Assembly (NCBI GenBank): GCA_035221665.1
Contig: CM069140.1
Span: forward strand, 46,872,001 to 46,936,000
Direction of reading: 5' to 3'
DNA length: 64,000 nt
From: Okamejei kenojei
Lineage: Eukaryota
Shown here: in pieces, positions 63,988 through 64,000 of the stretch
Layout: every line of letters begins with the position of its first letter
Position numbering within the stretch: the first letter of the stretch is position 1
The notes under the pieces: generated by a model
Seen by the model: the letters and a program-made list of their open reading frames with translations, nothing else
What the model was told of the DNA's origin: nothing
Databases searched by the model: none
Made by a program: the position numbers and the translations under genes

Positions 63988-64000
63988 GTAAGTAATTGAG

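Noticed and set aside
1-64000. Prokaryotic systems (CRISPR arrays, operons, retrons), rRNA or true tRNA genes
   Set aside because: No regularly spaced repeat-spacer array or operon structure. All RT and nuclease motifs belong to eukaryotic TEs, and the only tRNA-like sequence is a SINE head.

Overview
This is vertebrate nuclear DNA, inferred to be a cartilaginous fish (probably a skate or ray) from an HE1/V-SINE-like element and the mix of CR1, Rex1 and Penelope repeats. Most of the window is nested, mostly decayed transposable elements: L1, CR1, Rex1/Babar, Penelope/Poseidon, a class I ERV, Gypsy, a full-length BEL/Pao, Tc1 and several hAT-type MITEs. A host gene missing from the ORF track runs through it on the + strand. 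It has four phase-compatible coding exons (5903-6002, 34316-34493, 42370-42506, 63853-63987) encoding a signal peptide, an unrecognised ~105-aa domain and an EGF-like domain, and it continues beyond the window. It starts at a small CpG island that looks bidirectional. The most notable observations are a 2H-phosphoesterase-like domain between protease and RT in the ERV pol, hammerhead ribozyme cores in Penelope 3' repeats, composite hAT MITEs carrying retroelement fragments, and an unclassified foldback element. Everything was read by eye with no database search, so repeat boundaries are approximate unless TSDs or TIRs are quoted.
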